A stretch of 64,000 nucleotides of DNA from NCBI RefSeq assembly GCF_009914755.1, contig NC_060928.1. The stretch is one strand, 5' to 3'. Source of the DNA: the human T2T-CHM13v2.0 reference genome, Homo sapiens. Within the stretch, counting starts at the first letter, position 1. Every line of letters starts with the position of its first letter. The translations under genes and the position numbers were made by a program. The notes beneath the pieces are model-generated. The model saw only the letters and a program-made list of their open reading frames with translations, did not search any database and had not been told where the DNA came from. Of the stretch, positions 39,892-54,197 are shown in pieces.

Positions 39892-42272
39892 TGCTTAGTT
39901 TTTGATTTTTTTGTGTTTTCATATTTGGCTTAAGATTTTTTAAATTTTCTTTTTACTTTCTTCTTTGACCCATTGGTTATTCAAGAGAGGGTTGATTAAT
40001 TTCCACATATTTGTAAATTGCCCAATTTTCCTCCTGTGATAGACTTCTAGTTTTATATCGTTGTAGTTAGAAAATATGCTTGATATGCTTTTAATCTTTT
40101 TAAATTTATTAAGTCTTGTGTTTTACCTAACATATGTGATTTATCCTGGAGAAAGTCTCATGCGTACTTGAGAAGAATGTGTATTCTGTTGCTATCAGAT
40201 GGAATGTTCTGTATAGGACTGTTAGGCCCATCTATTTGATCTATATTGTTATTCAGATTTGCTGTTTTCTTATTGATTTTCTGTCTGCATGGTCTATAGA
40301 TTGTTGAAACTGGGCTATTGAAGTTTCCTACCATTATTGTTTTGCTATCTATTTCTTCCTTCAGTTCTTTTAATACTTACAGATTTAGCTGCTCCAATGT
40401 TGGTGCATATATGTTTACAATTAGTATATTTTCTTGATGAATTAACCCTTTATCATTATATAATGACTTTCTTTGTCTCTGTGACAGTTTTTGACTTTCA
40501 ATTTATTTTGTCTCCTGTAAGTATAGCCACCCCTGCTCTCTGTGGTTTACTATTGGCATGGAATATCTTTAACTATCCCTTCACTTTCATAGCCAATGTG
40601 TATCCTTAAAGCTAAAGTGAATCTCCTATAGGCAGCATAGAGTTGGGTCTTGTTTTTGAAAATCCATTCAAATAGTCTATGTCTTTTGGTGGTGTGGAGG
40701 GCAGCAAAAGCAGTTCTAACAGAGAATTGTATAGTGATAACTGCCTATATCTAGAATAAAGAAAGATCCTAACTTTACATCTCAAGGAACTAGCAAAAAA
40801 GCAACAAAATAAGCCCAAAGTTAGCAGAAGGAAAGAAATAATAAAGATCAAAATAGAAATAAGTGAAGCAGAGCTTCTTAAAAAATAGAGAAGATACGTG
40901 AAACTAAGAGTTTCTTTTCTAAAAAGATAAACAAAATTAGCAAATTAGTCTTAGAAAGACTACCTGAAGAAAAGGCAGAAGGCACAAATAAAATTGCAAA
41001 TCAAAGAGGGGACATTAAGGCTGATACCACAGAAATACAAAGGATTATAAGAGACTATTATGAACAACTATATACCAACCAATTGGATAATCTAGAAAAA
41101 AACTGATAAATTTCTAAAATAAAAGACCTCACCAAGACTGAATTATAAAGAAATAGAAAATCTGAACAGATCAATAACAGTAATCAAAAACCTCCCAGCA
41201 AATACCAGTCCCAGGATCAAATGGCTTCACTGGTGAATTCTACCAAATATTTAAAGAAGTAGTAGCAATCCTTTTCAAAATCTTCCAAAAGAAAAAAATA
41301 AATAAAAACAAGGAAACTCTTCCAAATTCATTTTACAAAACCAGTGTTATCTTAAAGCCAAAAGATAATCATTGTTCACAATGATGTGGAGAAAAGAGAA
41401 CCCTTGTTCACCGATGGTGGGAATGTAAATTAGCACAGCCATTATGACAAACACTATGAAGGTTCTGCAAAGTTGAAAATAGAACTACCATATGATCTAG
41501 CAATCCCACTGCTAGGTATATATCCAAAGGAAGTGAAATTAGCATCTCAAAGAGATATCTTTATCCTTATGTTTATTGTAGCATTATTCAAAATAGACAA
41601 GATATGAAATCAATCTAAGTGTCTACTGTTGGAGGAATGGATAATGAAACTGTGATATACATACATAGATAGATGGATGGATAGCTGGATAGATTAGATA
41701 GATTGATAGATGCTAGATAGATAGATAGATGAGTAGATAGATACACACACAATGGAGTATTATTCAGCATTAAATAAATTTTAAAATCCTATCATTTGTC
41801 ATAATGTAGATGAATCTGGAGGACATTATGCTAAGTGAAATAAGTCAGAGAAAAAAATTGAAGGATCTCACTTATTTGAGGAATCTAACAAAGTGAAACT
41901 CATAGAAGCAGACGGTAGACTGGTAGTTGTGAGGGGCTGCAGATTGGGGAAAAAATGGAAAAATACTGGTCGAAGTGTATACAGTTCCAGTTATACAGGA
42001 TTAATAAGTTCTGGAGATCTAACATACAGCATGGTGACTGTAGTTGATAATACTGTATTGTATACTTGCTATGACAATCGATCTTAAATATTCTCTCCAC
42101 AAACACATTAAAAAATTGTAACTATGTGAGGTGATGGATATGTTACTTAGCTTGATTATGCTAATCATTCCACAATGTATACATATAATAAAACATAATG
42201 TTGTATACCTTATCTGTAAGCAATTTTTGTTGATATATCTGTAAAGCTGGAAAAAATTAAAAATAAAAATTA
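39892..42272 (+). mobile_element. L1MA/MB element with inverted 5' segment (39892-40688, minus) and sense 3' segment (40699-42272)
   Basis: Endonuclease-region sequence on minus strand, GCAGCAAAAGCAGTTCTAA continuation on plus strand, L1MA9-like 3'UTR; (GATA)n at 41666-41722. Confidence 0.85.
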
Positions 42273-43021
42273 AATTACAAATTATTTTTATTAAGCAACT
42301 TATATATATTTCCTTTTCAATATAGTGGTTTAAAAATATATAAGAGAAAGCAGGACATCTTTAAGAAATCATTAATTTTTTTTGTCTAGTAAACTATCTT
42401 GAAAACTAATATTTTGCTCTGCCATTAACAGCCTCAGTAACATTGAAAATATGCATGAACCAAAGGAAATAGGGTATCTCTCCCTTCATAAAACACAATA
42501 GACTCAAAGGCTAAAAACTATATCCTGAGCAATGTTATTGAATTTTTTTGTTTTTGGCAAGTTTAATTATATTTAAGGAATGGATTTTCTCAGTAATATC
42601 ATCTTCTCTTAAACTGAAACTGGCTAAGCATGGAAAATTTCATTCCAAGTACCATGTTTCTGGCATTAGGAGGCCTCCATTTGGAAAACAATGTCATAGG
42701 CTTCATGTAGACAGATGGATAAATGAACAAAAGCAAAATAACATCTTAAGTTTTCTTCTTCTTCTTCTTCTTCCTGCTTGGTCTTCTGCCAAATAGAACT
42801 ATAATTCTGTAGAAAACTGAAAAAAATATATATTCTAGCACAAATTTAACTCTTCCTATGTCAATTTTCTCTCTGAATTTTATCTTCTCTGGCATATCTC
42901 CATTTTATAGAATTAATATATTAGCAACTTGCTCAGAGAGAATATTTAAACAAGTTCCCTCAGTATATAAATTATTCCTTGGAAGAAAGTTACATCTATA
43001 TTTAACTGCTTAATTGTCTGT

Positions 43022-43172
43022 TGTTATGGGCTGAATTGGGTCTTCCTGAAATTCATATATTAAAGTCCTAACCTCCAGTATCTTAGAATCTGGAGACAGA
43101 TGTATTAAAGAGGTAATTGAGTTAAAATGTGGTCATTAGAGCAGATCTTAACCAAATATAAGTGGTGTCCTT
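43022..43172 (+). mobile_element. MLT1 LTR 5' fragment
   Basis: TGTTATGGGCTGAATTG...AAATTCATATATTAAAGTCCTAACCTCCAGTA. Confidence 0.75.
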
Positions 43173-43904
43173 CTTACCCAATAAATGAAAAATAAAAGAG
43201 GGAAATATTATCATTAGAATTTCTTATTAGTACATTCACTGTACAACAGCCTAGAAAAATGGACTAGAGGGGGATAATACCAGAATCTGAATGTAGGACA
43301 AAGGCAATATTCTTAATAAAAACAGTTAGTTATAAAGGGAAGGATATTGTTATTATGTCTAGGGAACAATCAAGAGACTTGACTTCCTAGACCGAAAACC
43401 ACATGTTGGATAGCATTAGAACATTTTGATTAGATAGTTAGAGGTTAGATTACGGAGGCAGAAGTAGAAGGATTTAGAAATGATAGAGGAGAAAACATGA
43501 AGCCTCCAGTGAAGAGAAATAGCAAGATCAAAGTAGTGTCTAGAAAAAATTCACCGATGCAGGCTATGCATTTCCTCTATATTTTAGTTTTATGCTTGTA
43601 AATCAAGGATAATGAAATATGATTTATGGAGAAATTGGGAGGATTAATTATACAAACTGATGTTTGTAAAAAGCTTTAAGAAATGCTCAATGTAATGCCT
43701 TCTTGCATCAAAGCTCAGAGTATTTGCATTCATTCTCTGATAAATTTCTATTCACATTTTCTCAATTTACTTTAGATTGAGCTCTAATGAAAGTGGTTTC
43801 TGAGAACATTTTCTGAAAGTGAAGTACCTAGGAGAGCAACCAGCAGAGCCAGACCATCTCAGAGGTATAAGAAAAGACAAATTCCCATGATGCAAGGTCA
43901 CTAG

Positions 43905-44341
<437 letters not shown>

Positions 44342-44812
44342 ACTAGGAAGAGTTTCTAAGAGAAATAGAGATGCCCCAACTATTTTTCTCACCAGGTGTT
44401 CAGCTGCTCATGTTTTCATTCTCAGATTCCAGAGTAATAGTTCAGGTCATCCCATGCGGAAATTAACAGTCATAGGGCTAATCCAAAACTGATTAAGAGA
44501 TTAAAACTGTCTATTAAATTTTTTCTATAAATTTGATTATAATTAAAATTACCCATTATTTTGGAATAACCAAAAAAGGTTTAAAAGGCAAGTTAGAAAT
44601 GTGAGATTAAGCTGTCTACATGTACAAGCTATCCACATGTAAAATTCTTCTTATACAAAATAGATTAGGCCCTAGAAAATGCTACTTATTTTTCTATAGA
44701 TTTTTGTTCCACTGTCATGGATCATATTTACCTAAAAAATGTCCTCACAGAGTACACAAACCTTTAATACCTGCTATGACATGGTTTAAAATAATTATTC
44801 ATTCATGGCACT

Positions 44813-45281
44813 TGTTGCAGTTGGTAGAGAAGACTTTATTCTATGGGGGAAAAAATCAAAATAGGTTTAGGTACTACTGCCCTGGACTGTTGCAATGCGG
44901 AAGAGAAATTGGGTTCAACTTCAAATACAGCAAGTAAAAGTGGGGATTTATAGCCAAGAAACATGGCGGAGGTCAATGGGTGAGAAACTACTAAGAACAA
45001 ACATTAAGGGTAAAGGGGAATTCTGGCTAAACCAAACAAACTTGCTTCCTGCTGAAGGCAGGAAAGGATAAACAGGCATCACCGGGAGGATGCTGGAGTA
45101 TGAGAAGCCTTATCAGATAACGAGAATAATGTGACATTGAGGATGGCTAAACTGACTTAGCAGGATTCTTGCTAATAGTGGACAATGCAGAAATGAACAC
45201 AAAAGTCTAAAAGTCAAGACCAACCTGAAAAAGATTTTAGGGGAACTTGGCTAGAGTTTGGTCAAAGAATCCTTGCTACCA
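44813..45281 (-). mobile_element. MER31-like ERV1 solo LTR
   Basis: GTGGGGATTTATAGCCAAG, GGCTAAACTGACTTAGCAGGATTCTTGCTAA, CTAGAGTTTGGTCAAAGA. Confidence 0.75.
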
Positions 45282-46904
45282 TTCAGTCACAGTTATAATA
45301 CTACTATAAATAATACGATGTTTTTATTCAACAAATATTTGTTTATATATTTGAGATATAGTATTTTCCAGGTACCCCTCTGAGTATCTCTGATTGACAA
45401 TGAGTAAGTGGGACTAAAATGGACGTTTTTTTCAAAATTTTATTTATACATATCTATTTTTTAATAAGTGGATATTCCATGTATGACAAAAGGTATTAAA
45501 TACTATTATCCTTGTCCGTAAGCCATTTTTCTCAGCAATATTGCCTTCTATTCTCACCTTGGGCTCTTCCAATTAAACCATATTTTCACTCTCTTAACAA
45601 TGCTTGCCTTTCCATCATTAGCAAGTGTTAGAAATTTACCCTTTGCATTCTATCCCTACCCCTACTATTGTAATCAAGCCTCTAAATTATATGGTCTGAA
45701 ACTGTATTAAATGGCTTTCTGATAGAGCTTCCAAATCTACTTTTTCTTCTTTTCTCCCTCATCTTATTCAGTCTGTGTCGCTGTGCTGCTTACTAAATAT
45801 AAAGAACAATGGCATGGTTGTCTGGAGATTTGGTTCCAAGTTTCATTTCTATCATTATTTCATCACCTTGTTAGTGTCACTTAAAGCACTAGATCTTATT
45901 GCATCAACTTGAATGGATGGAGATAGTACCAGGATATTGCTGTCTTCCCTACTTTCCATAAACATTTTTGATGCTGATACTTTTAACTATCTAGTTGACT
46001 ATTTCCTCATTCTCTGCTACCTAATATTTTAGTTTTTCATCTCTATTATCCCACTTTTATGTGTTTTGCTTTAAATAGGTTAACGCACTACAAAAGCTTC
46101 TTCTTCGTAAGTCTCTCCTCTATTTCTCTAATTAAACCAATTTTTAACCTCAAGATCCAATATAATTCTTTTCTTTCTTATAGTCTTCTACAACTATTCA
46201 GACCATTACTCTTTTCCTCATTTTAGCTGCAATAGCAACTATAATCAGATCTGAAAACTCCTATAATTTCATCCTTTAGTTGCTTTATGTGAACCATTAA
46301 TAGAGAATTTGGTTTTAGTTTTTTCTTTCAATAATATGTAGTTCAACATCAGACATACAGTGGAGGCTCATTAATAATTATGGATTATAAGAAAAGATAA
46401 TTGAAAATTAACTGTTTTGTGCACTTTGCAGAATACTTGGCATAAAAAAGTGAGGAGTATTTATTTTCTCTTATTGTTCTGAGATGGTAGTCGTAGATTT
46501 GTCTCCTGGGGGATTGGATTTTCTGCTTTTTATTCTGTCCACCTACCAAATTCAGGTGCACAGAAACTAGGAAAGGACATTGGGGATTAATGGATAACAG
46601 GCACTGGGTTTAGGCTCTGGATGAGGTTCAGAGATATCTGCAGAATGTGTATCGTTTTTGTTATTGTCAAATAGAGCATATTTAGCTTTACTTCTTTTGT
46701 GATAGTGTCCCTTTATAAACTTAATTTATTTTTTCTTGTAAGAAATGTGTGTAGATACCACACAAATCAGCAAAACAAAACAAAACAGAAACAACTTGTG
46801 TGAGGTATACGTGTTGAATTTAAACATTAAACCAAAGCAATGAGGCACACCAGAATAAACAAAAGAGATATTTTTCTTCTCCCCCCATAGCTCACCATAT
46901 TATG

Positions 46905-47470
46905 TCATGTTTCAGTTGCCTATCTCAAAATGTTAGAAAATGTAACTAAAAGTGGCTTAAACAGTAAATGGATTCATAAGCTCAGACCTTCTCACAATCT
47001 GAAAATTTGTCAGTTTAAGTCTATTCTTTCAGCAACTTGAAATGGTCAGAAATCAAGGAAGTTCCCACATGCAGATAGGACCCATGACAATTTGGCCTTG
47101 GTCATCATGCTTCCCCCTCATTATTATAAGGTTGATCATGAACTCCAAACATCATCTACTTGACCCCAATAATGTTAGAAGCCACAAGCCAGAATAAGAT
47201 ATGTTTGTGTGATCCTTTTTAAGTGCAATAATTTCTTCTTCAAATTTCCCATTAGAAATCAACCAGTAATCAAAATTGTATTGTATTCTTATTTCAAAAC
47301 TACTAAGATGAAGAATGGAATCATTTTGCTGTCAATACTTAGCTTGATTCACTACATGAGGCAAAGGAGAAACACAGATTCCACTAAAGCACAGGACTAT
47401 TTGGTACCTAAAAAGCAAGTCAGATTCTCTACCAAGGATGAAGGTGAGAGGGTTTAGAAGTGAAATAATA
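46905..47470 (-). mobile_element. Old MLT1-type MaLR LTR remnant
   Basis: GTTTCAGTTGC...AACTAAAAGTGGCTTAAACA and downstream MLT1K/J-like motifs; weak. Confidence 0.45.
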
Positions 47471-47724
47471 TATTATGTTTAGCATGTTCCCAAACTCTTT
47501 ATCAACAATTTTGGTAGAAGAGGAGAAATATAATTTATATTGGCATAATTGCTTAGTGAAAATAGAATTGGGCTGGATATTGAAGTAATAGAATTTTGTT
47601 TCTGACTCATTTTGTAATTCCTGTCTGTGATATTATTGTATTTCATTTGAAGTCAGTTTCTTTATGTATTAATTAAAGTTTTGCAGAAAGGATTTAGTAA
47701 ACCACAGGTTTCTGGTTAGGGCAT

Positions 47725-48992
47725 TTCTATGGGAATACCTAGGACTCATAGTTTTGGAGGTTTTATATAATCCTATATATATTTTTTCTTCTTCTTTTTT
47801 TTTTTTTTTTTTGAGATGGAGTCTTGCTCTGTCTCCCAGGCTGGAGTGCAGTGGCGCGATCTCAGCTCAGTGCAAGCTCCACCTTCCGAGTTCATGCCAT
47901 TTTCCTGCCTCAGCCTCCTGAGTAGCTGGGACTACAGGCACCCACCACAACACCTGGCTATTTTTTTTGTATTTTCAGTAGAGACAGGGTTTCACCGTGT
48001 AAGCCAGGATGGTCTCGATCTCCTGACCTCGTGATCCACCTGTCTTGGCCTCCCAAAATGCTGGGGTTACAGGTGTGAGCCACTGCACCCAGCCCAATCC
48101 CATATTTCTCAAAGCTTAGTTTACTGTTTCAATTATTTTTTTTGTTATTTTTTGTCTGATGTGGTTAATTTGAAAGGCCTGTCGTCGAGCTCTGATATTC
48201 TTCCTTCTGCTTGGTCTAGTTGTTAAAGCTTTTGTCTATATTTTGTAATTTTGTCAACGATTTTTTTATTTCCAGAAGTTTTGTTTAATACTTACCTCTT
48301 CAGTGAATTTTCATTCATATTCTAGATTGTTTTTCTGATTTTTGTGTGTGTGTTTTCAACTTTCTCTTGGATCTCATTGAGCATCTTTAACATCAATATT
48401 TTAAATTCTTTATCTGATATTTCAAATATTTCATTTTGGTTAGGATTTATTGCTGGAGTTAATACCATCCTTTGGGAGTGTAATAACACTGTTGTTGTTG
48501 TTTTTTTCATATTACCAGAACTGTTTCTCTAGTTCCTTCTCATCTGACTAAACTATCTTTTCTTCTTATTTTTCAATTTGCTTTCATGTGGATGAGTTTT
48601 TTGTTTTGTCTTTGTTTTCTTCCTTTGAGGATGTGACTATACTGTATGTTGTGTATTGTTGTTTGGTTTCAGTCCTGGGTGCTTTCAGTGGCAATGACTC
48701 CACATTTGTTCCTTGGTTATAAATGGCCCTTGTGCAGTGACTTTCTTAAATACTGATTGTAATAGCGATGTATGGGATGTGTGATCAGGCTCATTGCCTT
48801 CTGCGGGACTGGAATGGTAGAGATCTTAGGAAGGTTGTTTCATTCCCTAACGCTGCACGTCAGCAGGTTTTGCATTGGGCTGTGCAGTTCAACCTCTAGG
48901 CCACTAGGTGGTGCTTACAAGTAAGAGCCAGCTGTAACTTTGCTTCTTTCTGATAACAAGCTTCTGATGTCTCTAATCAGCCATCTTGGAAA
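47725..48992 (-). mobile_element. L1M/L1PB 5' fragment (5'UTR plus ORF1 N-terminus), interrupted by AluY
   Basis: ORF1-like peptide EISDKEFKILMLKMLNEIQEKVEN (48322-48510); 5' terminus CAGCCATCTTGG at 48978-48989. Confidence 0.8.
47782..48094 (-). mobile_element. AluY
   Basis: GCAAGCTCC...TTCATGCCAT, CCAGGATGGTCTCGATCTCCTGACCTCGTGATCC. Confidence 0.95.
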
Positions 48993-49337
48993 ACCAGAAG
49001 AGAATAGTTGGAAGTTATTTATAAAAATATGTAATATTTGAAGACATTGGGCAAAGATAAATTATTATTCAAGAGACATCGAATTTAGAATTTCAAATAA
49101 CACCAACATGGAGGCATGGGCATAGTTAATGAAGATTTTGCAGACTATATATAAATTTTTAGTATCAAAAGTAGGTCACATAAAAACTATTTGGGGATTT
49201 TTAACTGTGTTTGGTATTTTTTTGTTTCATTCATTACTTGACAAGTGTACAAAACTGATAGTTTGAGAAACGTTTTCTTTAATGAATGCTGGAAATATGT
49301 TTTGGAGAAATTTATGAGTCAACAATTTTTATTATAG

Positions 49338-49520
49338 TTTTGTTATGGTAAGAAACACATAATTTAAAATTACCATCTTAACCATTTTAAGTAGTGTTAA
49401 TTATATTCAGATTATTGTACAACTTTTTCAATTTGCAACACTGAAACTCCATACCCATTACACAGTAATTCCTACTTCCACTCCTCCCAAACTTGGGGAT
49501 CACCTCTCTTCTTTCCTTTT
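49338..49520 (-). mobile_element. L1MB 3' end fragment
   Basis: AAATTACCATCTTAACCATTTTAAG...CTGAAACTCCATACCCATTA. Confidence 0.7.
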
Positions 49521-51929
49521 CTTTTTGCACATGTTACTGATTTTACCAATCACATTTCCTAATTTAAAGAATTTTAATTGTAGACAATATTTCCTGGCTT
49601 TTTATTTCTGATTTCAGCATTCTTTGTTAGTTTTCTTTTCTCAGCTGCAAAATGTAATAAATCCAGGAGTTAATTTTATTTTCACTAAATAATTTGTCTG
49701 TAAAATGCATAAAATTAGAAAGATAAATGAAAAGATAGTGATCATTGAAAATCAGATAGTAAAATTATGAATGTCTTTATGACTCCAAGAAGATTTCAAA
49801 AATCTCTGACACTAAATTTTGTGAGGACTAAATAATGAGTTATGAGGTAATTGTTTCATGCTTAATTTGAACTTTCCTGTCATTACTCATTTATGACTTT
49901 GCACACATGACATTTTGTTAAAGAAAATAAAATTCTTTTTTTTTATTTTTAATAACTATTTAAAAACCTCTTTACTGATGCAGAAGGATACTGCAGGGGT
50001 GGACATTTATTGATTCATCCATCCATCTTTCCAGACATTCATTAAAAAATATTATTACAAGTTTACAAGTGTTAGAAAGACAAACATATTTCTCTTTTTC
50101 TTTTCTTAAGAACTTTCCAGCAGACTACCTAACAAATAATTCGTACAATAAATGCTTATAGAGTAAAAGAACAAATTAAAGTGATAATTAAGAATAAGCA
50201 TGGACTTGCACTATAAACTATAATGTAACATGAAAGTTCTATAACAAATGTCTGAAAATACTGCTATGAAAGCACTGCATAGGCATAAGGAGGCTTTGGA
50301 GGAACAGATGACCACTGAAAGATCAAAAAGTAACTCATGTAAGGCACATATTTAGAATTTAAAGATGAGAGTAAGAGTAAATATGACAAATTAATGACTG
50401 AATATAGTTTATACTTGATCTGCAATGGCTTGTAAAAGAGGCTTTGTTTACTGTATCCATTAAATTGTTTTTTAAATGCGTGTCTGCTTTAATTTCACAG
50501 GTCTTGCATTTCAAGGAGTGATTGTGAATTAGTCAATAAATTCACTTGGAGAGAGACATGCAGCAAACGTAAGAGATTTCATTAAAGCATAAAGGATCCA
50601 ATACATGTTTCTGACAATACAAAGCACTTTGTAAAGTATGGAAATGCATAAATGTGAAATAGCATTAAAAGAAAATAAATATTTGGAAAATGTTACTACT
50701 AGAGGGAGGAAAAACTCTTACTTCATGAATATACAATTTATTCTCACTTATTGCAGATATTAAGCAGACTTTTTGACACTGGGTACTTATGTGCAGACTT
50801 TTCCTTTCTTTTCTTTCCTTGTAAAAGGCTGTGTTCATATGCATATGTGTCATGAAATACTTAACATATCAATGCACCAAACTATGCTTGAGTATCATTA
50901 AGTAGACTAAAATGAATGATAAAAGCTCCCTCTAATAAAATGAACACAGGTCTTTTTCTTGTTAATTGTATTAAGCAAAATCCTCTCTTGGGACTGAGTT
51001 ATTAAATTTATTTTCTCAATCTATAAAATAGAGCCATTAGATATTCAACTTGATCAATATAAATGTCCAATTAAGGCAATTCAGATCTAAATACATTTCC
51101 TACTCCAACGCTATTTTGTTTATTTAATCTACCAAGGCTGCTTTAATAAGAAAGGAAGCATATTTTCTTCTTTTCTACATGCTGGAATAAGAAGCAAAAT
51201 GAAACCCATGACTATTTCTCAAGTATATTTGCATCTGTTTTTGCAAGAATCCCAAATATGGATAAATTGAATGCCTAATGCCCAAGACATTAAATATTAT
51301 TAAATGATGATATGAAGAAACACAAATATCTATAATCAAGGCAGGTAGAATGAAACATTATAATGGCCTCTGGTGGATCAAAGTAGACTTTTCGTTTTCT
51401 TTTTCTTTTTTTTTTTTCCGTAGTGGGGCAGGAAAATCGAAGGCAATCGCTAAATAAACTCATAATAAACATCACAATAAAATTAATCTTTACAAAGTAT
51501 AACTACAGTATAACTACTAAAATATAATCCTTTCCCAAATTTTTAAGAATTCTTTATTTTCTTCCCATTAATCTCAGAATTGAATGAAAAAAATTTTGAA
51601 AATTCAAAAAATCAACGAAAAGGAATCTTAGGCAGGAAGATCTTCCAAAAAAAAAAAAGAAGAATCAGAAATGCAGAACATATTGAATGAATTTTATGGA
51701 ATTTCAAGGGTGAGTCAAAGTGCTTGAAATAATGTTTTAATGTTATACCGCTTCATGTATAGGAACCTCACGTAAGTGTTCTCATCCCCAGGCATTTACT
51801 GAGAAATTTACTTGCAAATCATTTTATTATTGAAATCATTATGCTTCTACAAATTGACATTAAGATCCACAATAAAAGTTACCACTTTTTATTGAGTAGT
51901 CAGGTATCCTTTAAGCCAACTTTAAAAAT

Positions 51930-53530
51930 GACTGGGAAAATATTAAATGAACCTATACATTTATGTGTTGGTGCTCTCTATTTCTTTCTATAGATAAGAG
52001 TTTCCACCTGAAATAATTTGCCCTCAGCCTGAAATACATCTTTAAACATCCCTTGCAGTGAGCGCTTTAAACTTTCTCACCTTTTATTTATTCTACTTTC
52101 CATTCATTTTTGAAGGATATTTTGAGAAGTTATTATCATTGACAATATTTCCCATCAATTTAAATATGTCATCCCATTGTCTTCTGAAATACACTTTAGA
52201 GGATGAGGAGTCCACAATTATCTTTATTTTTGTTTCCCTTATATAATTCCTCACTTTCCCCATACTACTTGTATGACTGCTTTCATTATTGTTTTTTGGG
52301 GATTTAGTTATAATGTTGTTTATGCAGTTGCCATGCAATTTAGAAAAATCTTGTGTATCATTTCTTTAAATATTTTTTCTCTCTAATTCTTTTGAAATAC
52401 TTAAACTTGAATTATTCATATATTGGAAAGATTGATATCTTCTATTCTCACATATCTCTTAATTTTTCCGACTCATATTTTTCTCTCCATTCTTCAAATG
52501 TTTGGACAGTTTGTATTGCAATGTTTTCAAATTCACCGTTCTCAAATTCTACCAAGTGTCTAATATTCTCTTAAGCTCAATAGGCATTTTCCCTCTGGAA
52601 GTTACATTTTAGTTTTTATATGGCTTCCATTTCTCTATTCATTCTGTTGATAATATCTATTTAATGACCTAAAAGTTATCTATAATTGACATTTTAAAAA
52701 TTTTTATTGATTATTTCTTCATCTTTGTCAGTCCTAAATATTTCTATTGATTGATTTTTCTCTTGATTACAGGCTTGTCATGATTTTTGATGTTTAGTAA
52801 TATTAGATCACATGCTAAACATTGCAAATTATGCCTCGAATGCTTAAATTTTTGTTTAAAGAATGTTAGGTTATTTTTTAAAAAACAGGCAGTTTATTTC
52901 TTGGCAGATCAGATTAATCTTTTGAAGATATGCTTTTGTAGATCTAAAATAGCTTCTAATATTCAGGTTATGTCTAGTTAAACTTTACTCCTACTCTTAG
53001 TTTTATTGGTATATCTACTAAATACATTAGCTGATACTTAAAGACTTCCATTCTTGTCAATCAGAAATAAAATGTCTCTTAACCTTGTGCCAGCTCCTCA
53101 GTAGATGTTATTTCCCTGGAAGTTATATTTGTTCTGAGCCTTGTGGAATCTGATTCTCTATAGCACACCTTGGCATTCAGTCAAGGACACAAAAGCAAGA
53201 CTTAAACAGATTCTTGGTTTTTTTCTGAATCAATTTATTTTCTCTAGAGCACTACTCTACAAATTCTGGCCATGTCAACCTCTCAATCTTATATATCTTT
53301 GCTTAGTTCTGGAAGGTAATTTTGGGTTTTAACTCCCCTCCTAATGCTATGATATGGTTAATAACTCCAAGTAAAAATCCTGGACAACTGTGGGGGCTCA
53401 CCTCATTTGTTTCCCTCTTTCAGGAATCACTTCTTCATAGCCAGTTGTCCAAATATGAAAAAAGTTGTTTTCTTCTTTTCTCCAGTTTACTAGTTGTTTA
53501 CAGTGGAAAAACTCGCTGGTAGCAGTCATG
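51930..53530 (-). mobile_element. Ancient L1M ORF1/5' region remnant
   Basis: Minus-strand peptide RRQWDDIFKL...KYPSKM (52093-52338) resembles L1 ORF1 C-terminal domain. Confidence 0.65.
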
Positions 53531-54197
53531 ACCAGAGGCAGAAACTTAGATTTTATGACTAAAAGTAAAGTAAATGTTTTATTTAAATATAAAGCCTCAA
53601 ATAACTGCATTGGTTGGACAATTTGGAAGGAAAATTTTGTTGCTATAATTTTGGTAGGAATTATATATAATATAGGTCACCACGCAGTATGTTATTATTA
53701 CTAAGTTATTAGTATAAAAGATACTAATAACTAAACCTAACTAAACCATATAACTAAACCTTTCAAATGGAGTCCTGCAAGCCAGCAATACAGTTACACG
53801 AAGGGATAGGCGAGAGAGCTATGTTTGTAAAGACAGTGAAGAAATTGATAGAAAAAGCGATATCACAATTCCACTTAATAACAAGAGCAACAACAACAAA
53901 AATAAAGAATAATATTATTGTCAATGTGACCCACGTCATAAAAAATGAAATAATGCAATTATTTTGAAAATCAGTTTGAACATCTATTTCAATTGCAGTA
54001 TGCACAAATTCATAAAGTGGAAGAATTACCATAATAACAAGACATGAGTAACAGGATACTCTCTTGTTTACTTAAATCAGATAAAAAAGAGGAACCACAG
54101 GAAAAGGAGAAATAGGAGCAGAAAAAAAGATAAGAGTGCATAAGAGGAAAAGGAAGTGATTGTCAATGGCACATAAAGCAGGTACTTCAAGCAGGTG

